Shown here: positions 1 to 12,352 of the stretch, one piece after another
Position numbering within the stretch: position 1 is the stretch's first letter
Layout of the letters: each line of letters opens with the position of its first letter
NCBI RefSeq assembly: GCF_004010195.1
Contig: NC_057719.1
Span: 85,624,336 to 85,688,335, forward strand
Direction of reading: 5' to 3'
DNA from: Chiloscyllium plagiosum
Lineage: Eukaryota
Length of the DNA: 64,000 bases
Notes under the pieces: model-generated
Seen by the model: the letters and a program-made list of their open reading frames with translations, nothing else
What the model was told of the DNA's origin: nothing
Databases searched by the model: none
Made by a program: the position numbers and the translations under genes

Positions 1-289
1 CACATGATCTTGAATAAGTAATTGCTAGTGGGCCTGGGGGGGGGGGGGGGTTGGTGGTGGGTGGTATGGACTCAGGATTTTTTTCACTGAAACTGCCTGG
101 ATAACCTTTCATACCTGAGTATTATTTTAACCCCTTTCCTCCCATACATTCTGATTTTACTGCTCAATGCTCTGACTGTCAGACACATTTTAGTGACCAG
201 CAGAATCTGCAGAAAGCTACTGGATCACAGCAAGAATGAGAATCACACTGACCCAGAGATGGAGAGCCGCAGGACATCCATCATTGTAA

Positions 290-1950
290 TGCTCAAGGAT
301 GCCCTCATAAGAACAGGGTACGATACTCAACTCATTGACCACCAGTTCCGATGTGCCACAGCGAGAAACCATAATGACCTCCTCTGGGGAAAGATACAGG
401 CTGCAACCGACGGAGTACCCTTCTCTGTCCAGTACTTCCCAGGAACCAAACAACGATGCCATGCTCTTTGCAGCCTTCAACATATTATCGATGAGGATGA
501 ACACCTCGCCTTTGAGCAACCACCAAACCTCAAACAGATCATTGTGCACAGCAAACTGCCCAGCCTTCAGGATGACAACAGCTGTTGCAGCAGCTGTTGC
601 AAGACTTTTCACAGTGTTGACATGGATAACACCATTACACATGGGGACACCTCCCACCATATACACAGTGAGTACTCTTGTGACTTGGCCAATGTTGTCT
701 ATCTCATACGCTGCAGGCAAGGATGCCTCGAGGCCAAGCAGACGTTACGACAACAGATGAATGGACTCTGCACAACAGGCAGGATTGTTCTTTCCCAGTT
801 GGAGAACACTTCAGCGGTCCAGGACACTCATCCTCGGACATTCGGGTGACCATCCTCCAAGGTGGACTTTGGGACAAGCAATAACGCATGGTGGCTGGAC
901 ACAAGCTGATAGCAAGGTTCTGTACCCATGGGCGTGGCCTCAACCAGGACATTGGGTTGATGTCACCCTACAGGTCACCCCACTGCATGATAAACTCTCT
1001 CTCTCACACACACGCGCGCACACAATCCTACATACTCATATACCCACACCGACCCCCTCTCATATACAAGTTCTTGTTCTCATATGCACAGACAATCATC
1101 CCTCAACTCAAGGCCACACACGCACCCTCTCATTACATTACATTATTACATTACATTACATTACAGTGTGGAAACAGGCCCTTCGGCCCAACAAGTCCAC
1201 ACCGACCCGCCGAAGTGCAACCCACCCATACCCCTACATTTATAACCACTGTGCCACCGTACCCCATCATACTCACACACACACATATACACACACACAC
1301 TCTTATCACATGTCCTCACACCCATGCACACACACTCACATGCACACTCACTCTGTCGCTCCAACAGATGCACACATGCAAGTTTCTGGGGTGAATTTGT
1401 TTTTGCAGAATTGCATTTTATTTTGCTCAAAAACTGCATGAATCCATGTAAAACTCTGTAAAGCAATGCAGAGGGCTTGTGAGACCTTCCTGATGAAGGC
1501 CTTATGCCCAAAACATTAATTCTCCTGCTCCTCGGATGCTGCCTGACCTGCTGTGCTTTTCCAGCACCACACTTTTGACTCTGATCTCCAGCATCTGCAA
1601 TCCTCACTTGTCAATCTGATTAAATGTTGAGACGCAGAAAAGCTGAACTGTCTTGCGAATGTAATTTAAAAGAAGTTCTGGTATTTACAAATCAAATAAC
1701 AGAAACCAGCATATCCCATTTTAAAAGATGCAATTTTTAATCTAAAATTGTTTAACATATCACATCTCCATGACACTGGACTCCTTTGGCGATAAATTCT
1801 GTGATCATGATCTTATCCTCCACAACCATCTGATGAAGGAGCTGCACTCCGAAAGCTAGTGCTTCCAAATAAACCTGTTGGACTATGACCTGGTATTGTG
1901 TGATTTTTAACTTTGTCCACCCCAGTCCAACACCGGCACCTCAAAGTCAC
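290..1950 (+). mobile_element. Penelope-like retroelement 3' portion (GIY-YIG remnant) with nested short repeats
   Basis: YSCDLANVVYLIRCRQGC motif, CA-rich spacer, terminal segment with hammerhead-like core at 1830-1858. Interrupts the GPCR frame. Confidence 0.8.
1830..1858 (+). ncRNA. Minimal hammerhead ribozyme motif (Penelope-associated)
   Basis: CTGATGA-A-GGAG-ctgca-CTCC-GAA-AGCT-A, with a short stem I (cat/gtg). Confidence 0.6.
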
Positions 1951-2930
1951 ATCTTCACCATCTTAGGCAGTTTTATCCTGTTATGGATGACAAATGTTGT
2001 GTATTTCTTTTATTGGTGACTTACAAACACTTATTACAGCACAGCTCCCCATGATCCTGCGTATATCACTGAACAATCAGGCTACATGCTGCAGCTTTTG
2101 AGTACCTGCACCAACACCTGTATTTATGCAGTGACCCAGACTAAATTCAGAGAGCAGCTGAAGAATGCAGTCCAATACCCAGTCACTGTAATTGGGAAAT
2201 TACTGAAATTATTGAAGCATTTTAAAGTACTTTCTATTCAAAATTAACTATTCTTTAGCAATCTATTTATACATAAAGAATTTTACTCCAGCTCCATGGA
2301 TCTGTATCTTTTCAAGATCTGCAAATGGAACTGTCCTCCACTTACCACAAGGAACATCTTCACAGCTCAGTTAATTTTATGTGGATCCTAATTGCCAAAT
2401 ATTTTCCCACCTTCGTCTCGAGCTCTTCCCATGCTTCCTGCCCCATTTACACTTTTTAGTTTCTCGGTGCACATTGTCACTGCCTTGCCATGTCACTGGG
2501 GGCTGAGAGCCAGGAGGGTTATCATTGCTGACATCAGGGTCTCAGTCTCATCAATGGAGCGGGGGAGGGGGGCAGCCTTTGTTCAGGGCGCCCTGGCTCC
2601 ATCAATGTAGGGTACTCTCCGATACCTGTCCTGGTCCCGCTCGGGTCAGTCTGAGGTACAGAAAGGGGGAGTTGCTGAATGGCCAGCAGCCCTCCACCTA
2701 TCTTGACTCTTTCTGTCCTGTTTTCCTCCCTGGGATGATAGAGCAGAGGGTAACGCAGTGGGTGACAGTGTGTGGCACCACAGTCACTGTCGGTGTAAGG
2801 GGGTTGTTTCCCGAGTGAGTGAGTGGGCACCACAGAGGGCAGACAGGCTTCATGGTGTCGGGGAGGTTGGGAGTGGAGATGATGACACAGGCAAGACACA
2901 CAGACACAGACACACACACTGACACACACA

Positions 2931-3440
2931 CACGCAGACACACACAATCACACACATGCAGACACACACACACACGCAGACACACACAATCACACACATG
3001 CAGACACACACACACACGCAGACACACACAATCACACACATGCAGACACACACACACACGCAGACACACACAATCACACACATGCAGACACACACACACA
3101 CGCAGACACACACAATCACACACATGCAGACACACACACACACGCAGACACACACAATCACACACATGCAGACACACACACACACGCAGACACACACAAT
3201 CACACACATGCAGACACACACACACACGCAGACACACACAATCACACACATGCAGACACACACACACACGCAGACACACACAATCACACACATGCAGACA
3301 CACACACACACGCAGACACACACAATCACACACATGCAGACACACACACACACGCAGACACACACAATCACACACATGCAGACACACACACACACGCAGA
3401 CACACACAATCACACACATGCAGACACACACACACACGCA
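2931..3440. repeat. 42-bp CA-rich minisatellite, about 12 near-perfect units, running into a gap
   Basis: Unit gcagacacacacaatcacacacatgcagacacacacacacac; 14-aa periodicity in translation. Confidence 0.95.
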
Positions 3441-4181
3441 GACACACACATACACACACACAGACACACACANNNNNNNNNNNNNNNNNNNNNNNNNNNN
3501 NNNNNNNNNNNNNNNNNNNNNNNNNNNNNNNNNNNNNNNNNNNNNNNNNNNNNNNNNNNNNNNNNNNNNNNNNNNNNNNNNNNNNNNNNNNNNNNNNNNN
3601 NNNNNNNNNNNNNNNNNNNNNNNNNNNNNNNNNNNNNNNNNNNNNNNNNNNNNNNNNNNNNNNNNNNNNNNNNNNNNNNNNNNNNNNNNNNNNNNNNNNN
3701 NNNNNNNNNNNNNNNNNNNNNNNNNNNNNNNNNNNNNNNNNNNNNNNNNNNNNNNNNNNNNNNNNNNNNNNNNNNNNNNNNNNNNNNNNNNNNNNNNNNN
3801 NNNNNNNNNNNNNNNNNNNNNNNNNNNNNNNNNNNNNNNNNNNNNNNNNNNNNNNNNNNNNNNNNNNNNNNNNNNNNNNNNNNNNNNNNNNNNNNNNNNN
3901 NNNNNNNNNNNNNNNNNNNNNNNNNNNNNNNNNNNNNNNNNNNNNNNNNNNNNNNNNNNNNNNNNNNNNNNNNNNNNNNNNNNNNNNNNNNNNNNNNNNN
4001 NNNNNNNNNNNNNNNNNNNNNNNNNNNNNNNNNNNNNNNNNNNNNNNNNNNNNNNNNNNNNNNNNNNNNNNNNNNNNNNNNNNNNNNNNNNNNNNNNNNN
4101 NNNNNNNNNNNNNNNNNNNNNNNNNNNNNNNNNNNNNNNNNNNNNNNNNNNNNNNNNNNNNNNNNNNNNNNNNNNNNNNNN

Positions 4182-4700
4182 NGATACCCAGCATGAGCAA
4201 AACCAATGTAGTGTACAAAATCCCATGCAAGGACTGCACAAAACACTACATAGGACAAACAGGAAGACAGCTAACGATCCGCATCCATGAACACCAACGA
4301 GCCACGAAACCACATGACCAGCTATCCTTAGTAGCCTCACACACAGATGACAAGCAACACGAATTCGACTGGGACACTACTACTATAGGACAAGTCAAAC
4401 AGAGAACAGCCAGGGAATTCCTGGAGGCATGGCACTCATCCACAGATTCAACCAATAAGCACATCGACCTGAACCCAATATACTGACCACTGCAGCGGAC
4501 AGCTGGAACTGACAACCGGAAGCGGCAGAGACAAACCACTATAAATGCTGGAGTAAACATCACAGAAGCGCTTCACAGGAGGCTCCCAAGCACTGAGGAT
4601 GTCACCTAGACAGGGGACGAAATGTCTGCAACACAAATTCCCAGCTCGGCGAACAGAACCACAACAACGAGCACCCAAGCTACAAATCTTCCCCCAAAAC
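4182..4700 (+). mobile_element. Penelope-like element 3' end, GIY-YIG endonuclease
   Basis: KTNVVYKIPCKDCTKHYIGQTGRQLTIRIHEH..REFLEAWHS, with a CTGAGGA..GAAA motif at 4593-4626. Confidence 0.88.
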
Positions 4701-4710
4701 CTCTGGATCA

Positions 4711-5080
4711 CATTTCAACCTGTAACTCACTCTCAGGTATTGGTTATTTGAAATATAAATAATGCCAAAATGCCTCTGACATATTATTCTGCATATAAAT
4801 TTCCTCGGTTCCTGCGATTAGATTCCAATCTTTCACTCACTCCTGGGAATCTGTCACTCTGTACAGACCACCCTGAACTCTTAGATTAGATTCCAATCTG
4901 TAACTCATTCCCAGATATCCAATACTCTGTGTATAAACCACACTGACTCTCTCGTTTAAATTCCAATTTGTAATTTGTCCCATATTATGTGTTATTTTAT
5001 ACATATCCCCAAACACCTCAATTACATTCCAGCCTGTAACTCACTCCCTGCAATGTGCTATACAGTATATGAACCGATTG
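4711..5080. repeat. Degenerate tandem repeat, about 68-bp period
   Basis: attccaatctgtaactcactcc-like core recurs near 4711, 4822, 4890, 4960 and 5026. Mirrored at about 52980-53340. Confidence 0.6.
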
Positions 5081-7159
5081 ACACCATCGTTCTAGTGTCT
5101 ACTGCACGGTTAAATGTTAAACTAGGAGCTGTAACAAAGGAAGCTGCTGTTTAATTTCTGCTCCATTCTGTTCCTCCAAAAAAAATCAGACTCTGAAATT
5201 CTGTCAGTTTTATGGAGTGTAACAGTTCAATAAGACAGCTCACTCCCACCTTCTCAAGGACTTTTCTCTGTATCTAACCCCATGCTGTCCATGTCCTGGG
5301 AGTGTTTGATGGGGACAGAGTTGGAGGTGGATTTATTCAATAACTGACTCCATGATGAACATGGCCTGAGAGTTCCAAAAGGCTTTCAGAGTATTGTTAG
5401 ATTGTTAGATGATGAGCCCAGTTCTAGACTCCAGAAGCAGCAAGAAATCTATCTCTTCATCTAACACAGCACTTTCCATTACTATGTTGAAAATTTCAAC
5501 CATCTCAGATCCATCTAAATTCCAGGAACAACCCTGAGTTTGTGTCATTTCACTCCCTCACCACTAAACCCTTTCTGTCCAGCTAGCATTCTGGGGAATC
5601 CACACTGCACTCAAATGGACATGCACTCCCACCTCTCCACTCTCCCTTACCTTTCCCTATTTGGAAACTCAACGTCGTTGCCATGGTAACATGAAATGGC
5701 TGCCTTCAACAAACCTAAAATGGCTACTGACTGAGTGACACATTCAGAATCATTTGTCTTGGCTTTGCAGATTAACCATAAATGCATCCTGAATAATAAC
5801 GTTTTCTAATTGTCCACCAATTTATACAGAAACATTCTGTTTCTCGTTTTTCTTCTGGACGAACATGAATGACGTCAACACATTTGTTTTTATATGCCAT
5901 CTGCCAATGTTTTAAACATAATTTACATGATATAAACAGTAAAATATATGATATAATTTTATGTAGCTAATTCTGTCACACTCAGTATCTTCATGTTGCA
6001 ATGTTGTTATATCCAGTCAGAAAATTGCTCCTCACAGAGGGGAACAATGTCATTGGGTGTCGAAGTGTGGACTGGGCTGGGAACGGCGAGTTTAATATGT
6101 CACTGAGTTTGTTTGCTAATCTCTGCCACAAACAGATCGTACATAGAACATTACAGCGCAGTAAAGGCCCTTCGGCCTTCGATGTTGCGCCGACCTGTGG
6201 AACCAATCTGAAGCCTAAATATCCAACACTATTCCATTTTCTTCCATATGTTTATCCATATTATACTGCTCCACATTATATTCCATCTGCCAAAAACTTG
6301 CCAACTCAGTGAAATTGCCCATATCTATTTACAGCCCCCTTGGCCATCCCGATTTTCCCACCCAGCATGGTCTTGTCACAGAACCTGGAGACAGTACCTG
6401 TGTTCCCTTTGTCTAACTCATTGATATTGATTGTAACTGGCTGCGTTGTTAGCTGTAACCCTCTGGCACCGCCCACTAGTACCACTCACCAAACTGGAAA
6501 TGACCCTGCTTACTGTCCACCAGACAATCCTCTGCCCTCCAGGGCATTGCAAACACTGTTACACTCAGTACACAGTCTGCCTTAACATTCCATTGTTATT
6601 ATATACACTTAGAGAACTGTCAGAGATGGGATTGGTGAGAGGCACAGAGAGGAGCACAGAGGCAAGCAGAGACAGAGGCAGACAGATAGACAGGGATAGA
6701 GGAAGATAGGAAATAACAGAAAGGGACTGAGAGGGAAATCTGTGAGGGCTCACGGAGCTGAATAGCTCCCTGAATGATGATACAATATTCAGATTAAAAT
6801 ACAATGCAACTGTCCACAATTATTCAGGTTGTTAAATGACTGTATTACTGATAAATTCTCAGACACACACTGGCTTTTAAGCATTCAACAATAAGATGAA
6901 AGCCCAGGTCTCCCTGGCAATGGGCCTGTTTTAACATCGGTTCCGTTCAGTTTATACGGTCCCTCCTCAGACTTCCATCTGGAATATATCACTTGCTCCC
7001 TGCTCAGCGTTTCTGTGAGGTGCCGTGGGCCTGTCCATTTCACCAACCTGCTGAGATCCCCCTGAATCTGCTCCCACCCCATCAGTCTGGGTGTCTGGGG
7101 AAACCAGCCCGGGGAAACAGGGCAGCTGCAGCAAGCAACTCACAAGGTAAATGCCCCAT

Positions 7160-7760
7160 TGGTCTGCACTGTGAGAGGATTGGAGTTCAGAAGTAGAGAT
7201 GTCTCACTGCAGTAATGCAGGGACCTTGGTGAGACCAGACATGGAGGATTTGGGTCCCCCTAGCTCAGAGAGGATATCCTTGCCACAGAGGGAGTGCAGC
7301 GTGGGTTCACTCAGCTGATCCCAGGGATGGCAGGACTGTCCCATGAGGAGAGGTTGGTTGACCTGGGCCTGTATTCAAAAGAATGAGAGGGGAGGATCTG
7401 ATTGAAATGTATCCAATTCTAACAGGGCTGCACAGACTAATGCAGGGAGGATGTTTCCCTGGTGGGGGAGTCTCAAACCAAAGGTCACAATCTCAGGAAT
7501 GGGGCTGGGCCATTCCGGAATGAAGTGAAGAGAACTTTCTTCACTCTGAGGGTGATCAACCTGTGGAATCCTCTCCCACAAAAGGCTGTGGAGGTTAAAT
7601 CAGTGAGTATATTCAGGAAAGGGATTGATAATGCTTTTAGATATGAAGGACATCATGCGGTACGAGGACCAAATGGGAATGTGGCATCGAGATGGAGAAT
7701 CTGCCATGATCTTACTGAATGGGAAGCAGGTTGGAAGGGCTGAATGGCCTATGCTCCAAG
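7160..7760 (+). mobile_element. CR1-type LINE 3' fragment
   Basis: TKGHNLR..FFTLRVINLWNPLP C-terminal motif of CR1 ORF2. Confidence 0.75.
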
Positions 7761-8014
7761 CTTCTATATTTCTGTCAGTTTTTCATCCTGAAAAATATCA
7801 TTGGTTACATTGTGGAAACACATCAATAGCTGTTTCCATTCCTGCACTTCGAAAAGGTGAGTTTTATTCGCAGAAGCTGTTTACAGTCAGTCTGAGGGTG
7901 AATGCAGTCCACGGGATTCCTATCATCTCATTAAAACAGTCACAGCAAGACATCCTTACTCTTGGTGACCATGTCTGTGTGAATGAGCGTGAGTGTGTAC
8001 GAGTGTTATGTTAG

Positions 8015-8830
8015 TTTGAGATTTTGGAGAAAAGTTGTAGCTCAGGTTGTAGATCAGGCTGTAAGTTCGCTTGCTGAACTGGTAGATTTTCTCTCAGACG
8101 TTTTGTCATCATGCTCGGTGGCATCATCAGTGAGCCTCTGGTGAAGTGTTGGTGTTCTGTCTCATTTGCTGTTTATCTGTTTCAGTTTGTTGTGGTAGGT
8201 GATATCATTTCTGGTTCTGTTTCTGAGAGGTTGGTAAATGGGGTCCAAATCGATACGGTTGTTAATGGAGTTCCAGATTGAATGCCAGGCCTCTAGGAAT
8301 TCCCATGCGTGTCTTTGTTTAGCATGTCCCAGGATGGAGGTATTGCCACAGTCGAACTGGTGTCCCTCTTTGTCTGTGTTATGGATACCAGTGATAATTG
8401 GTCATGTCTTTTGGTGGCTAGTTGGTGCTCATGTATCTTGGTGACTAGTTTCCTGCCTGTCTGTCCAATTAATGTTTGTCACAGTCCTTGCAGGTTATTT
8501 TGTGTATAACATTCGTTCTGCTGACTATTGGTACAGGATCCTTTGAATTCATCAGGAACTATTTCAGTGTGGTGGTAGGTTTGTGGGCTACCATGATGTG
8601 TAGAGGCCAGGGCGGTCTGGTCATCATCTCCGAGATGAGTTTGATGTATGGTAGGCTGGCAAGAGTCTCTGGGCATTTTGTGTCTTCCTGTTGTGGAGGA
8701 ATTGGCCATCTGCACTTACCAGGTACCCGTTGTTCCTGATTGCGTTGTATAAGTGTTTTTCCTCAGCTTCTCATAGGTGCTGCAGTGTGTTGTGGCTCAT
8801 TAAATAATGTCCTGATGCAGCTCCATTTGT
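8015..8830 (-). mobile_element. Penelope-like element 3' portion
   Basis: Reverse-complement similarity to the GIY-YIG region at 4182-4700, with a degenerate hammerhead-like core at 8097-8130. Confidence 0.75.
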
Positions 8831-9679
8831 GGGTGTTGGGATGGTTAGTATGTTGGTGTCAAAGAGTAAGCATGAGTGTGCGAGAGAGTGTAAGTGTGTA
8901 TGTGATTCAGTGTGCATGTGAGTTAGTGTAAATGTGTACGAGTGAGCATAAGTGTGTGAGAGTGAGAATGTTTGTGATGGTATAAGAGAGTGAGTATGAG
9001 TGTTAGAGAGAGAGAGACTGTTTCTGTTTGGTTGACAATGTGTATGTTTGTGTGAGTCTGGATTTGTTGGTTAGTGACTGTGTGTGTGTGTTTGTGGATG
9101 AGTGTGGCAGTTCATATTTGTGTGTGTGTTTGTTCAAGACAGTGTCAGACATACAGACACACCATCTATACCCAACTCGGATAGTCGGCTCTGTGAGTCT
9201 TCACCATTATTCACTAAGCTTCTCGTCGGTGTAACTGCAGCCTCCACCTCACATTCCTGGGAACATTGAAATCTCTTTCGGCAAGAATCTATCTAGCTTC
9301 ATCTGAAAAATGTTCAATGTCTCTGCCTCTCCTGCTGTCTGGGCAACAGATTTGCAAATGCTTTTGACCTCTGTCAGAAAAATATTCATCACATCTCCAT
9401 CACTGGAAAAAGCAGTGTTTTTAAACCACACCCACTCGTTCCAGTCTCTCCCACAAGAGGAAACATCTTTTCAGCATCGACTCTGTCAAGACTTTGGACA
9501 GGTTAGAAGTGTGGGTAAAGAGGTGGCAGATGAAGTACAACATGGAAAAGTGTGAGGTCAAATTGCAGAGTAATTTCAATATTATTATGGTCACTGACTC
9601 CTAAGGGTTCCTTCACCTTAAGCTCTCTTAACAAGTCTGCCTCATTGCACAACACTACATCCATATTGCCTGTTCCCAG

Positions 9680-10330
9680 TGGGCATGGACTACTTTCTAA
9701 ATGGGGAGAAAATTCAGAAGTCTGAAGTGCAAAGAGACTCGGGAATTATAGCCCAGAATTCTCTCAAGTTAAACTTGCAGGTTGAGTCAGTAGTCAGGAA
9801 GACAAATGCAATTATGGCATTGATTTTGAGAGAACTTGAATATAAAAGCAGGGATGTACTTCTGAGGCTTTATAAGGCTCTGATCAGACCACATTTGGCG
9901 TATTGTGCGCAGTTTTTGGCCCCATATCTCAGGAAGGATGTACTGGCCTTGGACTGTGTTCAGAGGAGTTTCATGAGAATGGTCCCAGGAATGAAAAGCT
10001 GAACATATGAGGAACATTTCAAGACTCTTGGTCTATGTTCGATGGAGTTTAGAAGGATGGGGGTAGAGGGGGCTGATCTAAATAAAACATGCAGAATACT
10101 GAATGGTCTGGACAGAATAGATGTTGGGAAGATGTTTCCATTGGTAGGAGAGACTAGGACCTAAGGGCACAACCTTAGGTTAAAGGCAAGACCTTTTAGA
10201 ATGGAAATAAGGAGAAACATCTTCAGCCAGAGAGTGGTGAATCTATGGAAGTCATTGCCATAGAATGCTGTGGAAACCAGATCATTGAGTATATTTAAGA
10301 CTGAGATAGATAAGTTCTTGAGTATCAAAG
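9680..10330 (+). mobile_element. CR1-type LINE 3' fragment
   Basis: LLRLYKALIRPHLAYCAQFLAPYLRKD motif. Confidence 0.85.
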
Positions 10331-12180
10331 GGAACATAGAACATAGCAAGTTACAGTGCAGAACAGGCACTTTAGCCCTTGATGTTGCGCTGACCTGTGG
10401 AACCAATCTGAAGCCTCTCTAATCAACACTATTCCATTTTCATCCAAATGTTTATCCAATGACCTTTTAAATGCCCTTAAAGTTGGTGAGTCTACTACTG
10501 TTGCAGGCCCCTTCTACTCTCTGAATAAAGAAACTGCCTCTGACATCTGTCATATATCTATCACCCCTCGTGCTAGCCATGAGGAAAAATGCTCTCACTG
10601 TCCACCCTGTCTAATACTCTGATCTTTAAATGTCTCAATTAAGTCACCTCTCAACTGTCTTCCCTCTGATAAAAACAGCTTCATGTCTCTCAGCCTTTCC
10701 TCATAAGACCTTCCCTCCATACCAGGCAACGTATCAAAGGGAACATAGAACATAGCAAGTTACAGTGCAGAACAGGCACTTCAGCCCTTGATGTTGCGCC
10801 GACCTGTGGAACCAATCTGAAGCCTCTCTAATCAACACTATTCCATTTTCATCCAAATGTTTATCCAATGACCTTTTAAATGCCCTTAAAGTTGGTGAGT
10901 CTACTACTGTTGCAGGCCCCTACTACTCTCTGAATAAAGAAACTGCCTTTGACATCTGTCATATATCTATCACCCCTCGTGCTAACCATGAGGAAAAATG
11001 CTCTCACTGTCCACCCTGTCTAATGCTCTGATCTTTAAATGTCTCAATTAAGTCACTTCTCAACTGTCTTCCCTCTGATGAAAACAGCTTCATGTGTCTC
11101 AGCCATTCCTCATAAGACCTTCCCTCCATACCAGGCAACACCCCAGTAAATCTCCTCTGAACCCTTTCCAAAGCTTCCACATCCTTCCTATATTGTAGTG
11201 GCCAGAACTGTACACAATACCCCAAGTGTGCCCGCACCAGAGTTTTGTACAGCTGCAGCATGGCCTCATGGCTCTGAAACTCAATCCCTCTCCCAATAAA
11301 AGCTAACACATCATATGCCTTCTTAACAACCTGATCAACCTGCGTGGCAACATTCAGGGGTCTATGGACATGAACACAGAGATCTCTCGACTCATCTACA
11401 CTCACAAGAATCTTACCAATAGCCCAGTACTCTTTATTCCTGTTGCTCCATCCAAAGTGAATCACCTCATACTTTTCCACATTAAACTCCATTTGCCACC
11501 TCTCAGCTTATCTATATCCCTTTGTAACCTGCAACATCGTTCAGCACTATCCACCACTCCACTGACCTTAGTGTTAACCACAATTTTACTAATTCATCCT
11601 TCTACGCCCTCATCTAGGTCATTTATAAAAATGACAAACAGCAGTGGCTCCAAAACTGATTCTTGCAGAACACCATTAGTAAGTGAACTCCAGGATAAAC
11701 ATTTCTCATCAACCACCACCCTCTGTCTTCATTCAGCTAGTCAATTTCTGATCCAAACCACTAAATCACCCTCAATTTCATACCTTCATATTTTGTTAAA
11801 TAGGCTACGGTGGGGAACCTTATCAAATGCCTGACTGAAATTCATGTACACCACATCAATCGTTTTACCCTCATCCTCCTGTTTGGTCACCTTCTCAAAG
11901 AACTCAATAAGGTTTGTGAGACAGGACCTACCCCTCACAAAACCATGTTGACTATCCCTAATCAACTTATTCCTATTGAGATGATTATAAATCCTCTCTC
12001 TTATAATCTCTTCCAACACTTTACCCACAACCAAAGTAAGGCTCACAGGTCTATAATTGCCAGTATTGTCTCTACTCCCTTCTTGAACAAGGGGACAACA
12101 TTTGCTATCCTCCGGTCTTCTAGCACTATTCCTGTAGACAATGATGACATAAAGCTCCAAGCCAAAGGCTCTACAATCTC
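10330..12180 (-). mobile_element. CR1-type LINE RT and 3' end, with a 409-bp tandem duplication at its end
   Basis: NYRPVSLT..QHGFVRGRSCLTNL..FSQAFDKVPH; LYKTLVRAHLGYCVQFW. 10322-10730 is repeated from 10731. Confidence 0.9.
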
Positions 12181-12321
12181 CTTGGATACGGGGAGAAAGT
12201 GGGTTAATGGAGTTGAAAACCTTATCGACCATGATTGAGTTGTGGAACAGACTTGATGGGCTGAATAGCCCAATTTCTGCTCCTATGTCTTAAGGTCTAA
12301 GTGTGTCTGTATGTGTAGTTG

Positions 12322-12352
<31 letters not shown>

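Larger units (their letters stand above)
1..2247 (+). pseudogene. GPR139-like class A GPCR pseudogene, 3' half, split by a Penelope-like insertion
   Basis: ILLLNALTVRHILVTSRI..DPEMESRR up to about 290. It resumes at about 1951 with FTILGSFILLWMT..GYMLQLLSTCTNTCIYAVTQTKFREQLK. In-frame TGA at 2017-2019. Confidence 0.85.

Noticed and set aside
193..849. Apparent GPCR-GIY-YIG fusion protein (also 56206-56721)
   Set aside because: Chance in-frame junction of a pseudogene with an inserted Penelope fragment; the endonuclease motif is broken.
2931..3472. Regular 42-bp array as a possible CRISPR or coding repeat
   Set aside because: Units are identical with no unique spacers; the His/Thr or Cys/Val ORFs are by-products of CA repeats.
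2698..4486. Long ORFs of 280-555 aa
   Set aside because: They run through the N gap and minisatellite. Only the GIY-YIG part after 4182 is meaningful. The same applies to ORFs through the gaps at 32756 and 59249.
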